A stretch of 64,000 nt of DNA from positions 721,328 through 785,327 of the forward strand of contig NW_027192191.1 of the NCBI RefSeq assembly GCF_041956535.1, read 5' to 3'. Made by a program: the position numbers and the translations under genes. Below, one piece after another: positions 1 through 11,980 of this stretch. This DNA comes from Calcarisporiella thermophila CBS 279.70. Taxonomy: Eukaryota > Fungi > Calcarisporiellomycota. A model generated the notes under the pieces. The model saw only the letters and a list, made by a program, of their open reading frames with translations. It made no database searches and was not told where the DNA came from. Positions within the stretch are counted from its first letter, which is position 1. Every line of letters starts with the position of its first letter.

Positions 1-1
1 T

Positions 2-1178
2 GGCCTTGCCGATGCACTTTTTCGTAGTTTTTATGTCATTCGTATGGCTACCGATTTTTTAGATGCAATTCTGCCTTATGATATCTGGTTTTGCCGTATT
101 CTCCTCTGGTCTTTCATTTTCTTTCCTATGTGGTTTTCTTTACTCACAGTCAGCATCGCTTTCGACCTCCAACTCTCAGCTTTCCACAAACACATTAATA
201 TTGCTCGGTATCAAAAGTGGTATCTTCCGATATCCACTCTTGTCCCATTCATATTGTCAACCCCTTACCTTTTCTATGGCAATGCTTGGTGGGATGAACA
301 CAAAGTAACTACTGAGTTTTTATTTTATTCCATTATCAACTTAATACGGTTAACGCTAAACTATATTCTAATTTCATAGAAATTTATAAACACAGATTGG
401 CCCTCTGATGTTAACATAGCTTGGATAGTATTGTTCAACATCGTTGTATTCAGCGGAATTCTCTATTCTTTCACTGTTATTGTTATCTGCGCAAAAATGG
501 TTTTCCGCATTGTTTTAGATTCAAAGCGGAAAAGGTTTCGACGTACCGACCAAAATCGCAATAGAGACCGCCTTGTGATGATGTCTATAATAAGGCTCCT
601 AGGGTATCCACTAGTACTCATTGTAATAATGCCATCCGAATGTATACTTACAATTCTCTTTGCGGTTAATGCTCGCTATACGCCGATTGGAGAATCAACG
701 GCACGAGCAAAAGCGATATTGTCTGGGATGCAAGGTATCCTTAGCTTTATCATTTTTCTCTTCAACCCATCCCTCTCGGCAGCACTTGGAGAATTTTTCT
801 TCTCAAAAAATCGGAAAAATTCGCACTCTAAATCGCAGAGTATATCAAATGCATCCACAAGATTCCATGGTGCCGATACATTGCTCCATTTGGAATTGGG
901 AGTAGGGAGAAATTCCGGCATTAGAAGGGACCAACATATAGAAGAGGTGTCTTTAGCTAAGTCTTTTCGACGCGTTAAATTCTTAAATACCAAAGGACAG
1001 CAATGCAGTAATGAACGTTTAACAAAAGATACTAGAGTTCAGTTGCAGAAAAAACCTTCAATTACACTTAAATCCCGTCAGTATAAACCAGTTTTTTCTC
1101 CATCAGACATCCCAGATCAACAGTTCAATAGCAATGGAAACAAATGGATTTTGGGGAGACGATTTTGTGATGCCAAAG
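2..1178 (+). CDS. Git3/cAMP-receptor-like 7TM GPCR moiety (5'-truncated by the window edge), continuing in frame into a methyltransferase moiety
   Basis: The frame is open from nt 2 (GLADALFRSF...). Intron 305-379 (GT..AG) joins it in frame to ORF 431-1207. It has several hydrophobic helices, with RLLGYPLVLI (TM6-like) and LSGMQGILSFIIFLFNP (TM7-like) as in Git3/CAR-type receptors. The donor GTAAGT is at 1179. Confidence 0.75.
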
Positions 1179-1234
1179 GTAAGTTGTGCATCGAATTTTA
1201 TGAATGAAAATAAGTAATTTCAAATTTATAACAG

Positions 1235-2347
1235 AGATACACTACATTTTGCCAAATGATGAGGAGGAGATAGACCGATTAATTAATTTACATTATTTTC
1301 TTCGGTAAGCGTTCCCGTTCCGACCATTAAAAAAATACCTAAATTCACTAGTACTTTCTTGTATAGACTTATTTTTAATAATTGCAATTTCCTTTCTCCT
1401 GTACAAACTATTTTAAAAAATGGAGCTATGGTACTGGACGTTGGGTAAGTATCTCAATTGAATTGCGCCCAATTGCTTTTCACCTATTGGCTTATATTAG
1501 ATGCGGGCCTGGAGCATGAACAATGGAGATGGCTACAGTGTATCCAAGTAGCCACTTTTACGGAATAGACATATGCGAAATGTATCCATCGCACATTGTC
1601 CCTGAAAACTGTTGGTTTCAAACTGTGAATGTTCTCATAGGTTTACCATTTTCGGATGAAAGCTTCGAATTTATATACATACGACACATGAGTTTAGGGA
1701 TATTTCAAAGAGAATGGCCTGGAGTTCTTGGGGAAATACTTAGAGTATTGAAACCTAAAGGGTACTTAGAAATAGTTGACACAGGTAAGAGCACATCTCA
1801 GGATTGACTAACATTACAATACGCGCTTTATTTTGTAATAATAACACCTAAGCTACTACAGACTATAATATCCAAGGAGAAGGTCCAGCACTTAGGAAGA
1901 TCACAGATGGACGTAAGTACAGATGTATATATCACAATATAAAGAGGTAAATATAGATCACTTTTATTCATTGCAGTTTATAATACATTGTGTGCACGTG
2001 ATATTCTCCCGTCATGGGCGCGCTGGGTTCCCAATTATTTAAAAACTATTCACATGGAGGGTGTTCAATCAGTGTCTCGGTCCTTTTCTGCTGGTAATAT
2101 TACGGGAAAGGGCAAAACACTTGGGCGTGAGACCTGGGTGCAATTCTTAACTGCACTGCGACCATATTTAGCACAAGTGATGTATATAAGTAGTGAAGAA
2201 TACGATGAAATGCTAAGAAGCGCGAAACAAGAGTTATTGGAAAATGGCATCCTGATTGAAATTTTATGTACATTTGGAAGAAAATCACCCCAGATTGATA
2301 ATACAATGGAGAATATTGACAGAATAGAATTGTGTCTCGACAATTAA
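1235..2347 (+). CDS. LaeA-like class I SAM-dependent methyltransferase moiety with one in-frame TGA (1517-1519)
   Basis: Exons 1235-1304, 1367-1444, 1501-1784, 1862-1912 and 1977-2347 splice in frame. They give GRRF...YILPNDEEEIDRLINLHY, VLDVGCGPGA*TMEMA, FYGID, LPFSDESFEFIYIR and EILRVLKPKGYLEIVD. Confidence 0.8.
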
Positions 2348-2918
2348 ATTCAAAATGGATACTTGCCACTTAATTAATTTCCTTTACCACTAGTTTCTTT
2401 TTTTTTATTTTTGGTACAACTAGTGTTTCACCTTGAATACCCTTTCGATCTTATGGTTCCTTGTTCCTTTTATTTCCCTCTATTATGTAATCAATATGCT
2501 ATATAATGATTTCTTCTAGTAATAAACACTGTAAATGATAAAAAAAAGAGTATATATACAAGAAAAAAAATCCAAGAATCGGCTTGTTGGTCTAAAGGAG
2601 TCACTAAGCTAAAACTTCCAATGCTCTTTATCAGCCCGTAGATAAACAAAATGGGACTTCATTATAGCGTCTAAGCATTTAAAACAATATTAAAATTACG
2701 GTATCTCCATGTTAAAAAAATTACTGATCCATTCGCCGACATATTACATTTGGGTTGGTTATATATTCGTCACTTGGTAGAGCCTATTCGAGTTATTTAG
2801 AATAAAACCTATTACGATTTTTTTGAATAGTATTCTCAACTTTCTCAGCGCTTATCGAAAATTTATTACATTTAACCAAAATCCTTTTAACCATTACAAA
2901 TAATCCTTAGAATTAATT

Positions 2919-3939
2919 CTAAATGTTAGCACCCTCTTCTTTTATCCATTTGATATGATGTCCCGCACGACCGAAAAAGGTAATTGATCGCTCCTCTATC
3001 GAGAGAGAGGGAGTAAGAACAAGATTACAAATATTTGTATTTTAGTGACTTACCACCGCAATTTTCATAATCCTTCCCCGTGTGATTTGGACCAATCTTC
3101 CTGGAATTAACTCCCAATAATTTGTAGTTACCAGTTCCTCCAGTCAAGTATGGACCGCCGCTATCCCTATACGGTTGCAGCTCGCGTAAATACATAACAT
3201 AGATTGAATGTGCTATTTTTATAATCAGATTACCCGTTGCAAGTAGTCTTCTTAGTGCCAGGATTAGTGCAGAGTTCCGGCCCATCAAAGCCTGTGAAAT
3301 GACCATTGTTGTCTCGGCACGTTTTGTAATCGGATACTTCGATGTCTATTTTGAGGAGCTGGTTAGAAGAACCTCCTTTCTCAGTTTGTCCATATCCCGC
3401 TGCCGTCATGTCGTCAAATTCTTTGGGAATATTGGTGTCGATCACCACAGGCTTGACGTCGATTCCCCGCTCCAAAAAGATAAGCCCAACATCATTATAA
3501 CCTGTTTGACGATACTATTAGAGGAAGGAGGAGTGGGAAGAGGAAGTTTGAGCGATCAATATGGCGAGAACGCATTAGAGCGATATAGCAAAGATACCCT
3601 AGGGTGCATAACGAGCCTCTTTGAGTTCACTGACTGATTGTTTCCGTAGTGCACTGTAGCTCCCTCTTTACCGTCCAGACAGTGGGCAGCCGTAAGCACA
3701 GCATCTTTTGCGATCAAGGAACCGGTGCAACGATAATAGCTTCCGTTTTTCTTTAGGCTTAACCTAAGCACGAATGGCATCTCTCCCGAATTCACCTTTT
3801 CACCATTATAGATCCTGGTGTCATCAGACGGACCAAATTTTGCCTCTGGCACATTCAACTTTTCGCCGGATGGGGCCGCAAATACAGTAGAAGCAAGAGA
3901 AATCAACAAACAGCTGAGGATAGTCGATTTGAACACCAT
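2919..3939 (-). CDS. Secreted S1 (trypsin/chymotrypsin-fold) serine protease
   Basis: Signal peptide MVFKSTILSCLLISLASTVFA and activation site R|IYNG. Catalytic motifs are LTAAHC, NDVGLI and CNGDSGGP. Exons are 3939-3598, 3514-3234, 3166-3054 and 2995-2919. Confidence 0.93.
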
Positions 3940-4023
3940 TATTGAGAAGTGGATGCTAAAATTAGGAGCTAATAACTTTAAGAACAAACTGTGGTTAACT
4001 TTGAAGCATGCTTTCTTACCAGG

Positions 4024-4031
4024 TTTATATA
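4024..4031 (-). promoter_or_regulatory. TATA box of the serine protease gene
   Basis: TATATAAA on the minus strand, about 85 nt upstream of the ATG at 3939. Confidence 0.5.
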
Positions 4032-5717
4032 AGAACAGGATCCTGAATGCTGTATACTTCAACATTCACATAGAGCATGACCACGTTCCAATACCATTTC
4101 GCTCTATTTGTGCAACAGGTAGCTCCGCCTAATTCTCGCCCTCCAAGAATAATATTGTGGTTCGCACCATTAAATTCAGTTTTTTATGAGTCTAGTATTA
4201 AAATGTATCGAAAGATATACCATTAGTTAAATTGATTTAGTAATACTGTTGACAGCAGTCTGAATTATTAACTCCGATCATAGAATTGGTAAATTAAACT
4301 CCGTTAATATGATCGTTGCTTATTCAATGCTATTCTACACCATAGAGTGTAGGAGAAAAGTCTAAAAGGTGTAGTCACAAGATTACACCTTATAACGAAA
4401 AAAGTAAACAAACTACAATTGAGCTCCAATTCACACAATGATTCGTACTCAGTCGGTTTGGTGATCTTAAATACGTTTAAAAGGTTCGCAACCTCAACAA
4501 CGTGCTTTCCACTATTTAAAAAATGGAGGCCATTTTATCAATAGTAAGCTCGGCGCTATTTACCGAGCCACGAGAAATCGTATTGACTCCTTAATAGTTT
4601 CTTCACATTTAAGATGTCTATTGGGAAGTATACGCGAGAATCTAAATTGAATAATTTGATACATATTCTTCAAACTCAACATTAATTAGAACAAATCCCG
4701 AAGCTATTATTAAAACACAGTAACAGGAGAACGTGATCCTATTGCACTAATTGCAAAGATCATGAGGGAATACAATCGGATTGAACTTCCCTGAGCTCAA
4801 TCTAGCAAGGTCGAGTCTGGGGCAGAGGCCTATTGATCCCTTACCACTAGAGCCCAGTGGAATGCGTTTTGTAAATACTTTCCAATAACGCTCAAGAAAA
4901 TATAGAATATAGTGTAAGTTGGTATTATTTTACCTTTATTTTACTTTCATTGACAGTTAGGGGAGTTTGACACCATTTTGACTTGACTACTGCTTACTAT
5001 TCTAAATGGCTTTTGTGAATATACTCATAAAAAAGATCAAAAGAAGTGTCTAGAAATACAGTGAAATGAATCGGAGCGTAATACTTGTCTATACTGCACA
5101 GTGGATCCCAGACGCAATGTGATACTATCGCATGTTCCGCGCAGCGCCTTGCACAAGTTTGTGTGGAAAATGGGAGCGGCCTAAGCAAATCGAATACCTC
5201 TCTAAAGTTGTATTGTCAATGATCAGCCTATTATGTGTCTGGGTTGCATTCAATCTCAGTTTACACCAGTTGATGTCCCTGAGAAAAAGACTACTTCTTT
5301 TACTCAGCTCAGTATCAGTTTGCTAAATTGCGGTTCGAGCCTTTTTTTCAATTACAGTAGCCTTCTCAGAAAAGTCTTTGTACGAAACAAGTTACAGAGA
5401 TGAAAATGTGCTACTGATTCTTCACAACGACTTAAAGATTCTGTAAGTAACTAATAGAGTAGTATTACCCCATGCGTTAGAGATGGAGAGATATATTCTA
5501 CACAAACAAATAGTAATATACTATGCACGAATATTACAGGTAGTTAAAAATATTAAAGAGTACGAAATAAAATAGTAGTATATAAGATATACAACAACAC
5601 AAAGTGGTTCCGGGTAGATATAAATTAAGGAATCATTCAATGAACATTCTGGCATTAATCTAGTGATGTTGACATTCTCTATCAACCTAAAAAGCCTGAG
5701 CTATATTGAAATAAATT

Positions 5718-7696
5718 TCAGCGTGAATTGGAAGTTGCAGTTGTTTCCTGCTGAACTGGTGATACAGTTGTGTTTTGGGTCTCCGCGCTCGGATTAGAAG
5801 AGGTCTTACCAGTATTAGCTGATGAGCTTGCTATAGCGGTTTGAGGTTGAGAGCTCGAGGCTTCCGCTTGATCATTGTTTTGTGTTTCAGTCATAGCTGG
5901 ATGAGAGCACACTTCCTTTTTAGGAGCAGCGGAAGCTACAGCAACTGAAGCCGGGGAGTCGATAGGTTGTCCGATTGGAGATGTAGCATATCTGCGAGGA
6001 AACTCTCGATTGTCGATAGATAAGCTTGCAAAAGCTTGCAGCTTGTTGCACCATTCATCCATTTGCTCGATGCTCGAAGTTCGATATAAATACTGAAAAA
6101 ATAAATGGAAGCGATTAATCACATGCACTTGTATCCTATTGTAAAACGTCCTTACCTTTTGATCCAAATTAAGAAAGCCCAGCTTTTTTTCAGTTATAAA
6201 GAAGGAATACTCAACTTTCTTGCCTTTGGGATGGGTACCTTTAGGAAATACAATAAGATTAAAAACCAGATTACCAGATAATAAAGATATGAAAGCATAC
6301 CAATAGTGCATCCAGGAATGAATATTGAAGTTGATGGCTCTTGGTAAATAGAGGTATCAATGGATTTAAACTCATGGAAGTATCCGGCTGGGGTCAGAAC
6401 ACAGTATCTATATTAAGAAGAGAATATAAATAAGCTAAAATAACTGATTTCAGTCAGGATGTTCTACAGAAGCCAGATTACCTTTCGCCCCACGATAGTG
6501 TTTTTTTCCTTTCTAATCGTCCTTCGATTATCGGTAATACAGTGAAATGTTGTTTATTCGGATAGGGTATACTCTGAGCAGATCTAAGCAGAATCTTTTC
6601 ATCCAGTAGGCTCTTTGCATGCCGCAACGCAAATGAATTCCATTCCTCGTTAGCTTTGGGTAAAAGTCGAGTCGCGGTAGTTGAAGCGCTCAAGATAGTT
6701 TTGCATATGCTATCATTATTAGGAGCAAAAGTTGTGTTCCAGCTCTGAACGATAACGAAAAGTCGTTCTCCAATACTGGCATCCAATAAGGAAATCTTTT
6801 TCTGCCAGTCCAAAAGAGAGCGCAGCGCGTTGTTCTCAACATTAATTTCCTTCTCGAGAAAATTTCGTACAGCTAATTCATTTTTAATGTTTAGAATATC
6901 TTCTGAAATGATATCTTTAAAAAAAATTCTTTACCCATATTTAAAATGAAAGGATCGCCTTTACTGTTGAGTTCCTCCGCTATTAAATAGAGAGCTCTCA
7001 GAATCTGTAAAAATAATATATTGGATTGCTAATACTTACGCGAGGTTTCAACAAGTGCTACACTTTTAGAGAGTTCCAAGATTTTATTCTTAGACCGCTC
7101 CCGCAATGAATCCAGATTGTTATTAGATATGCTGGTATCTTGTTGTAATCTTGTGATATAGCTTTTAACTTCACTCTAAAAGTTGGTTCCAATAATTCAC
7201 AAAGACAATAATGAGGTTAATAAGCCATTAATTGAGGGATTCCTAGTACCAGCTCTACCTTGAGCTGAGATAATTCAACTAGGGACTCGTTTAATTTTTT
7301 ACTGATATTTTCATGCTGTTGAGCTATATCAACCGAAGAATTTTTCAATGCCGAACATAACTCCATTATCCCGCCTTGGGGGATGAAATTTTTGGCAATG
7401 TCAGCAGGGATGTCCACTTGTTCTCCCGATCGATATGAAGCTCGCATAGCGAACTCATGAATTGATGTCTGGCTCTTGAAAAACAACTTGATGTTCTTTA
7501 TAACTACCTTCCAAGCAAGAAGACGATAGGTCAATACGTCCACAGGATGAGTTTCCTCTCCACCACCTGCATTAGATGAGGAGCGCTGGAGCTGAGCCAA
7601 GCTTCGCCTACCAATGGATCCAGTACGGCGAATCAAACTTCGACTACGGGCAACATCAATATTCTTTGAAGGAAATGTCTTATTTTGGATCGTCAT
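5718..7696 (-). CDS. Slm1/Slm2-like BAR-PH domain protein
   Basis: Multi-exon gene. The BAR region has HPVDVLTYRLLAWKVVIKNI and DPFILN. The PH region has IEGRLERKKTLSW, YCVLTPAGYFHEF and YLYRTSSIEQMDEWC. The tail is Ser/Thr-rich. Confidence 0.8.
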
Positions 7697-8790
7697 TCAG
7701 CGAGTTTGGGAGGGGCTACGTGTAGAATATGTAAAGGGCGTGAAGAATGAGGATTCTGGCGATATAATGGAGGATGGAGGAAAACGATGGGGGCGAAAGG
7801 CGAACACAAAGTGGCAATACGATTCAAGCTCCGTCAATATCGATAGGTGCGCATGACAGGCTTGAGTTAATTTTAATATTAACTTGGCTTCGCGTTGAGG
7901 ACCACACAATCGATATTAAATCAGCCTAATATTCCGAATGCAAGCTTCAACCACCACCGAACTGCCAGCACTTGTACTCGTGGGTAGGCATTATATTGCT
8001 CAGCCATTTCTGCTTCGAAATCTGTGAAGAAAGCCGGGTCAAAAATGACGTTGTATCGCTTCCCCCTCTCTTGCTTAAGGGTCTCGAGCAATCGCGACTC
8101 CTTTCAACAAAGATTTGCTATGGCTGAAACAGTCAAACTGTGGCTCATCCATATACCCTTTCTTTACGACTCTTTAAATACGCACACTGAGTAATTCCCG
8201 CCGATCGGCTTATTTTTGTTGGAAACGTACAAAGCGGTGGTATAGCGCAGAATGGACGTCTAATGGTTATATTAAGTGGAATTTCGGGTCAGTCTATGAA
8301 GCGTTATGATTTAGCGATAGATATAACCTTGGGTTCTGTTATAGAAGAGAGAATCAAATATTAAAGCCTTGATACTTATGATCATATTCAGCAACCCGGA
8401 GAAAGGACAGGCAACAGAAATTGGGAAAGAAAGTGGGGAAGAGAATATGGAGGAGAGGGGGCATAGCCTGTTCAGAATTACGCGAATAATGATACAATAC
8501 AAATTGGCCAGGAGTTGAAACCCAACCGGTTCCTTCAAAATATTAAATTTATAATGGTAACTCTTGGCACTGCTTAATATCTGTTTGCCCTCCTGCAATA
8601 TACAGATGAAAATTCCCTAATAAATTGCACTTGCTGTACCTCAATACCATTTTAAAATCGGACCCACTTACTTGGGCTGTAGCGTAATTTCCTTTTGTGG
8701 CAATCTGGATTTACCAATTCTGCGTAATCTGATATATTCCAGACTTCACATAGAAAATATCTTTAAATTCATCAGTTCCATCATCAGACG

Positions 8791-11541
8791 ATGTCTGGCA
8801 ATCGGTCGATGCTATTAGCGACGGATCTTAAAGTAAGTATTATTCTAATTCTGCCTTTATTTTACAGTTGAATTGACATTTGTAACTTTCGTTAGGACCC
8901 AGTTCCTATAATTAGTGAACATCTGCAAAATGGTATTCATTTTGTCGATGATTGCCGAGAGTTTGTTAAAGAACGCGCCCAAATCGAGAGAGAATATTCA
9001 CAAAGGTTGGAGGCATTGGCAAAGAAGTACCAAAATAAAAAAAATAGAAGCCCAGAGGAAGATGAATGGTAAGTTTTTGCTCTCAATCAAGCTCTTTCGC
9101 ACCGCAATGCATTGTAATATTATTGTGTTTAGTTCGGCTCAGCAAGCTTGGGCAATTATAGTTAATCAAACTGAGGCGATGGCAAAAGAACGTGGGGCAT
9201 ATGCAAATGCTCTAGCCTCTAGAATAAGCGAGAAATTTAGGGTGCTGAGTGCTAAGAAAACCGAGTCTAGGAACAGACATATGGGTTTTGCGCAAAAACT
9301 AATTGCGGAGCGAGATAGAGTAATTATGGACATGGATAAAGCAAAAACAAACTACTGGGAGTCCAGCGAGGAAACAGCTACTAACAAAATGCGCCAATCA
9401 AAAGGGGATGGAGTGACAGACAAGGTCAGAATAGGCAACAATGAAACCCTTTATGCTGCCATTTAATCATTATATATCCCTATAATTTCAGGCTAAGAGG
9501 CAATATCAGCATGATATGCTCGATAGGAATAACAACAAGGTAAAAATGAGGCCTTTTCTTTCTTTGTTTAGAATATACCTATTCAGTCCAAAACCGTAGA
9601 ATCTCTATGTTGTTACCATCCACGCGGCAAATGCTATCAAGCAAAAATATTATAATCATGATTTGCCTGCTCTATTGGAGGTATGCTTGGATACGAATGC
9701 ATTTATGAGTTTTTCTCCAAGGTTAATGGAAAAATTTCATTTTATTTGTTTGCCAACAGCAAATGAAGCAATCAAACGAAAGTCGCATTGCTGCTATGAA
9801 GGGTATCTGGCAGGAGTACATTTCTATGGAGCAATTGCTCCTCAATAACGCACAGAGCCAAGTGGGTGTGATTTCTGAGGGCGTTGCTAGAATTGATGGT
9901 ATCTCTGATTCGGCCACCCTCATTGCACCCCACCAACTTGACATCGCGCCTCCACCCGACTTCCTCTTCCACACTTCTCCTATTATCCGAGACACGGTGA
10001 GTTATTGTTTGTGCTATTGGCGATTGAAAGCTTCACATAATAATCTCATGCTCTTTCGATATATACAGGAAGATATTTCCCAGGACGAAAATGAAACCGT
10101 CTTCCTCTTTAACAAAATGACAAAACTTCGTCGACAGCAGGCTGAAGTGACCACGGAATTTGTGCACAAGACTAAAGAGGTGGAAGCACTAAGAAATAAA
10201 CTAGAAAATTGCAAAGAAAACGAGTTCGATGATCTGAATGAGGTTTGTGTCCCATATTGTATTGTCTGCTCTGTTATCTCTAAAATTCGTCCTCTCTTTT
10301 AGACATATCTTGAATCGTGGCGCCAGATGATCTTTTTAGAAAATAGTAAATTGGTATATGATACCCAGGTTTACTTTATCACAGAATGTGTAGGAGGTAT
10401 ACTATTATCCTTCTCCCCTAGAATTTATTCATTTTATTGAAAATTTCCTCTCATTCCCCATCATTAGAAAATATGGCCATTCAACAACCTCATGATTTCA
10501 AGGCCACTTCATTCACTCTTCCAACAAAATGCGATTTCTGCCAGAACAACATTTGGGGACTCTCCAACAAAGGATTTACTTGTCGCGGTACTGTGGTCAT
10601 TCTATCCCTATCGAGAATAATGTCCATATTCATTCATTTGTCTTTTGACAGACTGTGATTACAATTGCCATGCAAAATGTGAGATGAATGTCCCTCCAAC
10701 CTGCTCCAACGTGAAGGGTGGAGCCAAAGCTAGTAGGACTCTTTCGATATCCTCTTCTAATTCAGTCAGAGCAAAAAATAGTAAATACCAAGATTTTGAT
10801 TTGTTCTTTACGCATAATATTCATGGGTTTCATTTTTATTCAGGGGCATCTATCCAAGTTTTCTCCTCGGGTTCCGCCCCTACTAGTGCTAACGTCTCCC
10901 CCAATCCTGGAGCCTCATCGCCCAATCGTTCTCCATCACTTCAATCTCCATCAAGCCGTACCTCATCCGCATCGTCCATGCGCGCACCACCTAGTCGGGC
11001 ACTTCCAAACCGATCGCCTCCTGGAGTCCCCGATCGAACAACTGCCACAGTCATCTATGACTATCAGAGTGGAGAGGCAGGACATTTAAAAGTGGTGGCT
11101 CAAGATGTAATTACAATTGTGCAAGAGGATGGTAAGATTATGAGTAGATTTTCCTATCAATGGGTATGTCGAAAATTTAATATATGTCCACAGATGGCTC
11201 TGGATGGGTAAGAGCGGAGAAACAGGGAGCTCAAGGCCTAGTTCCCGCCTCTTACATTAGTATTAATCCAAAATCTGGTAGCCGCAGTTCGAAGCAAATT
11301 GGTAATTACATATTCGAAGATTTTTATCTTAAACAGATTCGATTTATTGATGCTACTTTTCATTAACAAAGATCAAGTCCGTGCGCTCTATGACTATGAG
11401 GCTCGCTCCGGAGCCGAAATGTCAATCCGTGCAGGCGATCTCATCGAAGTGGTTAGCCGAGATTGCGCCGAAGGATGGTGGGAAGGTAGACTCAATGGGC
11501 AGCAAGGCCTCTTCCCTTCATCTTATGTCGAGAAGGTGTAA
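8791..11541 (+). CDS. BZZ1: Bzz1-like F-BAR / C1 / SH3-SH3 endocytic protein
   Basis: ATG at 8791 with first intron 8833-8896. F-BAR: KERAQIEREYSQRLEALAKKY. C1: HDFKATSFTLPTKCDFCQ..CHAKC. There are two SH3 domains: VIYDY..GWV..GLVPASY and ALYDY..GWWEG..GLFPSSYV. Confidence 0.9.
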
Positions 11542-11980
11542 GCGTAGACGAATGGTCGCAAAATGTATTCAGACCATACCTGATTTCACATGGATTTGGC
11601 TTCTCTTTTCATAAGAAAGCTGTTTTTATTTAAACTGTTAAACTGACTCTATAAACGCGAATGTATTGTCCACTCGAAGCTAGAAAATTTTCTGTAGGAA
11701 GTGCCAATCTTCCGAGGCAATTTTTAAACATCTCTGCAATGTATACAGGAAATTGGGATGGGAAGAAGGAAGCGCACCAGAGGAGAGGGCCAAATCCACC
11801 TCCTATACTAGTGATATGCACTAAAACCATTGCTCTCCCTCAATCGCTTTTCTTATTGTTATTTTTTGTCTACAACTGCTCCTGAAATACAGGCACAATA
11901 AAGAGCTCGAAACTTGTTAACAAATCACCATAACAGGCAACATTTACACTCAAAAACGATGGTATAGGGATGACGCTCGC

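Noticed and set aside
1517-1519. Selenocysteine or genome-wide UGA=Trp recoding as the explanation for the in-frame TGA
   Set aside because: The aligned residue is Trp, not Cys. TGA is used as a normal terminator elsewhere in the window (PRI2, PSS, Pil1), and TGG encodes Trp throughout.
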